Below are positions 20,160 to 24,093 of a stretch of 24,093 nt of DNA, piece after piece. The stretch's first letter is position 1. Every line of letters starts with the position of its first letter. The position numbers were made by a program, and so were the translations under genes. Below the pieces are notes generated by a model that searched no databases, was not told the DNA's origin, and saw nothing but the letters and a program-made list of their open reading frames with translations. This DNA comes from Octopus sinensis (lineage: Eukaryota), in NCBI RefSeq assembly GCF_006345805.1, contig NW_021836967.1, positions 1 through 24,093 of the forward strand. The letters run 5' to 3'.

Positions 20160-20164
20160 GTGTG

Positions 20165-20201
<37 letters not shown>

Positions 20202-20220
20202 ACATGTGTGTATATTACAT

Positions 20221-20274
<54 letters not shown>

Positions 20275-20674
20275 ATATATATTTATAATATATATTATAT
20301 ATATATAATATTATATATATATATATATTTACATACATACACACACATATATATATACATATATATACGTAAACATATGCATTTATACATACACACAGTA
20401 TATACATGTATATACAATTACACAGTATGTATATAAAAGCATTTAAATATATATGCTTACGCAGGTACATACATATATACGCACATATGATATATATATA
20501 TATATATATTTATATATGCATACATAAACGTGCATACATACGTATATGTCTATACATAATTATATAAACTTACAGATGCACACACACATGCACACAGACA
20601 CTTACATACACATGTAAACATATATGTATGTATATACATGCAAATATATCTGTGTATGTGTACGTACATGTGGT

Positions 20675-20708
<34 letters not shown>

Positions 20709-21226
20709 ACATATATATATATATGCATATATATGTGAATGTATATGTATATATATATGTATGTATATGTATATACGTATGCTCCTATGAATGTATGCAT
20801 GCATGCCTGTGTATATATTTGTATGTGTATTTGTATGTATATATGTATGTATGTATGTATGTATATATACGCGTGTGTGTATACGTATGTTCGTGTGGTT
20901 ATATATATATATATAGTAATATATATGTATGTATATACGTATGCACGTACGAATGTATGCATGCATGCCTGTGTATATGTATGTATGTATGCATGTATGT
21001 ATGTATGTATGTATGCATGTATGTATGTATGTATGTATACATGTATGTATGTATGTATATGCGTGTGTGTATACGTCCGGGTTTATGTACGCACATGCAC
21101 ACGAATTTATATGAAAATACAAATATATATTAACGTAATTCCGTTTGAAATCCCGCCTTAGATTGCGATACAGCAACGTTTATTTGTTGCCGCCATGTCA
21201 GCGGTCGCACCCTCACCCTACCCCCC

Positions 21227-21259
<33 letters not shown>

Positions 21260-21630
21260 CATCATCAACATCATTGTCATCGTCATCATCATAATAATAG
21301 TTCTAGTTATCATTGTTGACGTTGTTGTTGTCGTGGCTGTTGTTATTACTTAATTGTTTTGTTGATGTTGGCTTTTATTTTTCTATATGAGAATCTTTGT
21401 AGTGCAGAGATCGATATCTGTGTAACGTCCTCGTTAATCAAACGTATCTTTGAAAATGCCATTGGTATGATCGATAGTTTCGTAGTTGCTTTATAAAACG
21501 GCAAGCATTGTATTACGGAATGAGAGTCAATAACGTAAGCACGTTAATATTGTAAGGAAAACGCATTATTTTCTGCCATTCAATGACACGCACATGTATG
21601 TATGTACGTGTGCGTCTACGCAGATTTATG

Positions 21631-21683
<53 letters not shown>

Positions 21684-21721
21684 ACATATGTGTATGTGTG
21701 TGTGTCTGTGAGAGAGAGATA

Positions 21722-21762
<41 letters not shown>

Positions 21763-22075
21763 AATATATATATATGCAAAGAACTATTGTATATATCTAA
21801 GTTCAGAGGTGTGTATAATGGCGCATTCATTAAGACACGAAGGAAGGAACAATGACACATGCAACATATATATATATAATATATACATGTGTGAGTTGTG
21901 TGGTGGTGTGTGTGCGTGTGTAGTTATTTATGTATATTCTTATATGTAACTACGCACGACATGCAAAGTTCTTAGTACTTATATAATATATTTTTATATA
22001 CATGCCCAGATATATAAGATATTACCTATGTGCGTGTATATAGATGTGCGGGAATGGATGTACATATACGTACGT

Positions 22076-22122
<47 letters not shown>

Positions 22123-22949
22123 AACATACATTTACTTAATGGTATATATGCATTATCTACATACATACATACATACGTACATACATACAGATAGATAGAT
22201 GCATACATGCATCACTATATATGCATATACAAGTACACATACACCTATATATGTAATCTATTGTGTATATATATATGCACATATATATATAATATATTAT
22301 ATATATATATTATATATATATATATCTATATACATATGCGCACATATGTGTGGTGTGGGAGGGTGTGATTGCGTTGTGTACATAATTATTAACACATTTT
22401 TATATGAAAATGTATAGTGAAAATTACAAACAGAACTACTTGCAAACAGCTACCCAGCTATGCACCCGTACCCACCATACATAAATACACACACACATGC
22501 ATGCATACATCCATCCGACACGTGTGTGTCTGTTTGTAGTCTGTGTGTGTGTGTACACGCGCGCTTTGACTGTGTCCGTGTGTGCATGTATATATACATA
22601 TATATAAGGATATATACACACACACACACTTACACACAGTTACACACAGTTACACACACACACAGATATATATATATGTAAATATATATATACAAATACA
22701 CGTACACATATAATATATATATATATGTATATATATATGCATGTATGCACATATATATATGTATATACGTATAGACACGGAAGCACAATTTTTTAAATCT
22801 TCCCTGTTGACTTGTATTAAAATAAACATATAATTAAATATATAAATTCTTAGCATAAACATTAATAAAAATAACTAAAACAATAACACCATCGCCAACA
22901 AGAGCAACATATATATGTATACCATACATACATAAATACATACACACAG

Positions 22950-23009
<60 letters not shown>

Positions 23010-23307
23010 GCATGTATGTATGCTATACACACACACACATATATATATATATGTATATATGTATACTATGTATGTATAACATATATATATATATATATAG
23101 ATATATATATATATAATGCATATATGTATACTATGTTATGTATACCATATATAATATATATTTATACTATATACATACCATATATAATATATATGTATAC
23201 AATATATATATACCATATATATATATACATATATATATGTGTGTATAAATATATATACACACATAAAAATACATTCATATCATTTACATGTATATATATA
23301 CATGCAT

Positions 23308-23371
<64 letters not shown>

Positions 23372-23503
23372 ATATATATTACATATATACTTACATATAT
23401 ACGTACATATATATGTATCTGTCTCTCCCTTTATATATATATATTATATATATTATATGTGTGTGTGGTGCATATATATATATATATAATTATATATATA
23501 CAT

Positions 23504-23545
<42 letters not shown>
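20160..23545. repeat. About 3.4-kb compound (TA)/(CA)/(TG)/(TATG) microsatellite field with short unique islands and (CAT)n at 21228-21290
   Basis: Directly visible; it accounts for the overlapping YI/CV/HT ORFs there. Confidence 0.93.
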
Positions 23546-23547
<2 letters not shown>

Positions 23548-23674
23548 AAAGCCAAAATAACATGTACATCAAAACTTTACAGAGAAAATACGAAGTAAAG
23601 AAGAATAGGAGAGGCAGGAGAGTAGACGAGAGCAAAGAAAAGATGATTGTAAATATAAATAACAACAGAAACAT

Positions 23675-23755
23675 CACAACAACAACAACAACAACAACAA
23701 TAACACCACCACCACCACCACCACCACCACCACCAAAAACAACAACAACAACAAA
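23675..23755. repeat. (AAC)n-(ACC)n-(AAC)n trinucleotide compound repeat
   Basis: Directly visible; the ACC run spans 23704-23734. Confidence 0.93.
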
Positions 23756-23869
23756 ACATACATAACATACAATATACAAAAAAAATAATACAATAATAAC
23801 TCAAAGAAAGAACAGAGAAACAAAATGATAATCGTGAACACAATCTGAGCAAGTATGGTGATAGTGTTA

Positions 23870-23881
23870 CAAGATGGCGGC
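23870..23881 (+). promoter_or_regulatory. YY1/Pho consensus motif CAAGATGGCGGC
   Basis: Exact match to the YY1 consensus in AT-rich unique sequence. Function is not shown, and TE remnants often carry this motif. Confidence 0.3.
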
Positions 23882-24093
23882 GCTGGAGTAAAATAGTATT
23901 TAAGTGGGAGCAATTCTGTTTAAATTAGAAAAATGTCGGCCATAAAAATAAATCATTCTCTTATATTGAAATACTAAATGTAGTATCGTCTTTGAAGAAG
24001 CTTGTTTTTATTGAAAAATATCTCAGTGTATATAATGTTAAAATATATGGCACTTTTTTCTCTTTTTTCTATATTTCTTCTGATATTGATGGA

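Overview
This is eukaryotic, very AT-rich, repeat-saturated DNA with no host gene I can confidently recognise. The repeat families (tRNA-derived SINEs with a central microsatellite, dense (TA)n/(CA)n/(TATG)n fields) look to me like a coleoid cephalopod, most likely Octopus; that assignment is from recall, not a search. Nearly all ORFs in the supplied track are microsatellite translations ([12 protein letters not shown] runs) and are not genes. What the sequence does support is a graveyard of mobile elements: at least four tRNA-SINE families (about 9 copies or modules), two decayed mariner transposons, two L1/Tx1-clade LINE fragments (endonuclease and RT), a CR1-clade LINE 3' end, one complete non-autonomous Helitron plus three orphan Helitron ends, a hAT-like MITE, a probable Penelope-like fragment carrying a minimal hammerhead ribozyme, and a 42-bp minisatellite. 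There is one weak candidate terminal exon (3210-3298). I did not find a clearly new biological system. The best leads concern retroelement targeting: the hammerhead motif, Tx1 fragments abutting (TATC)n, a SINE nest bounded by one TSD, and a possible 2.1-kb composite Helitron.
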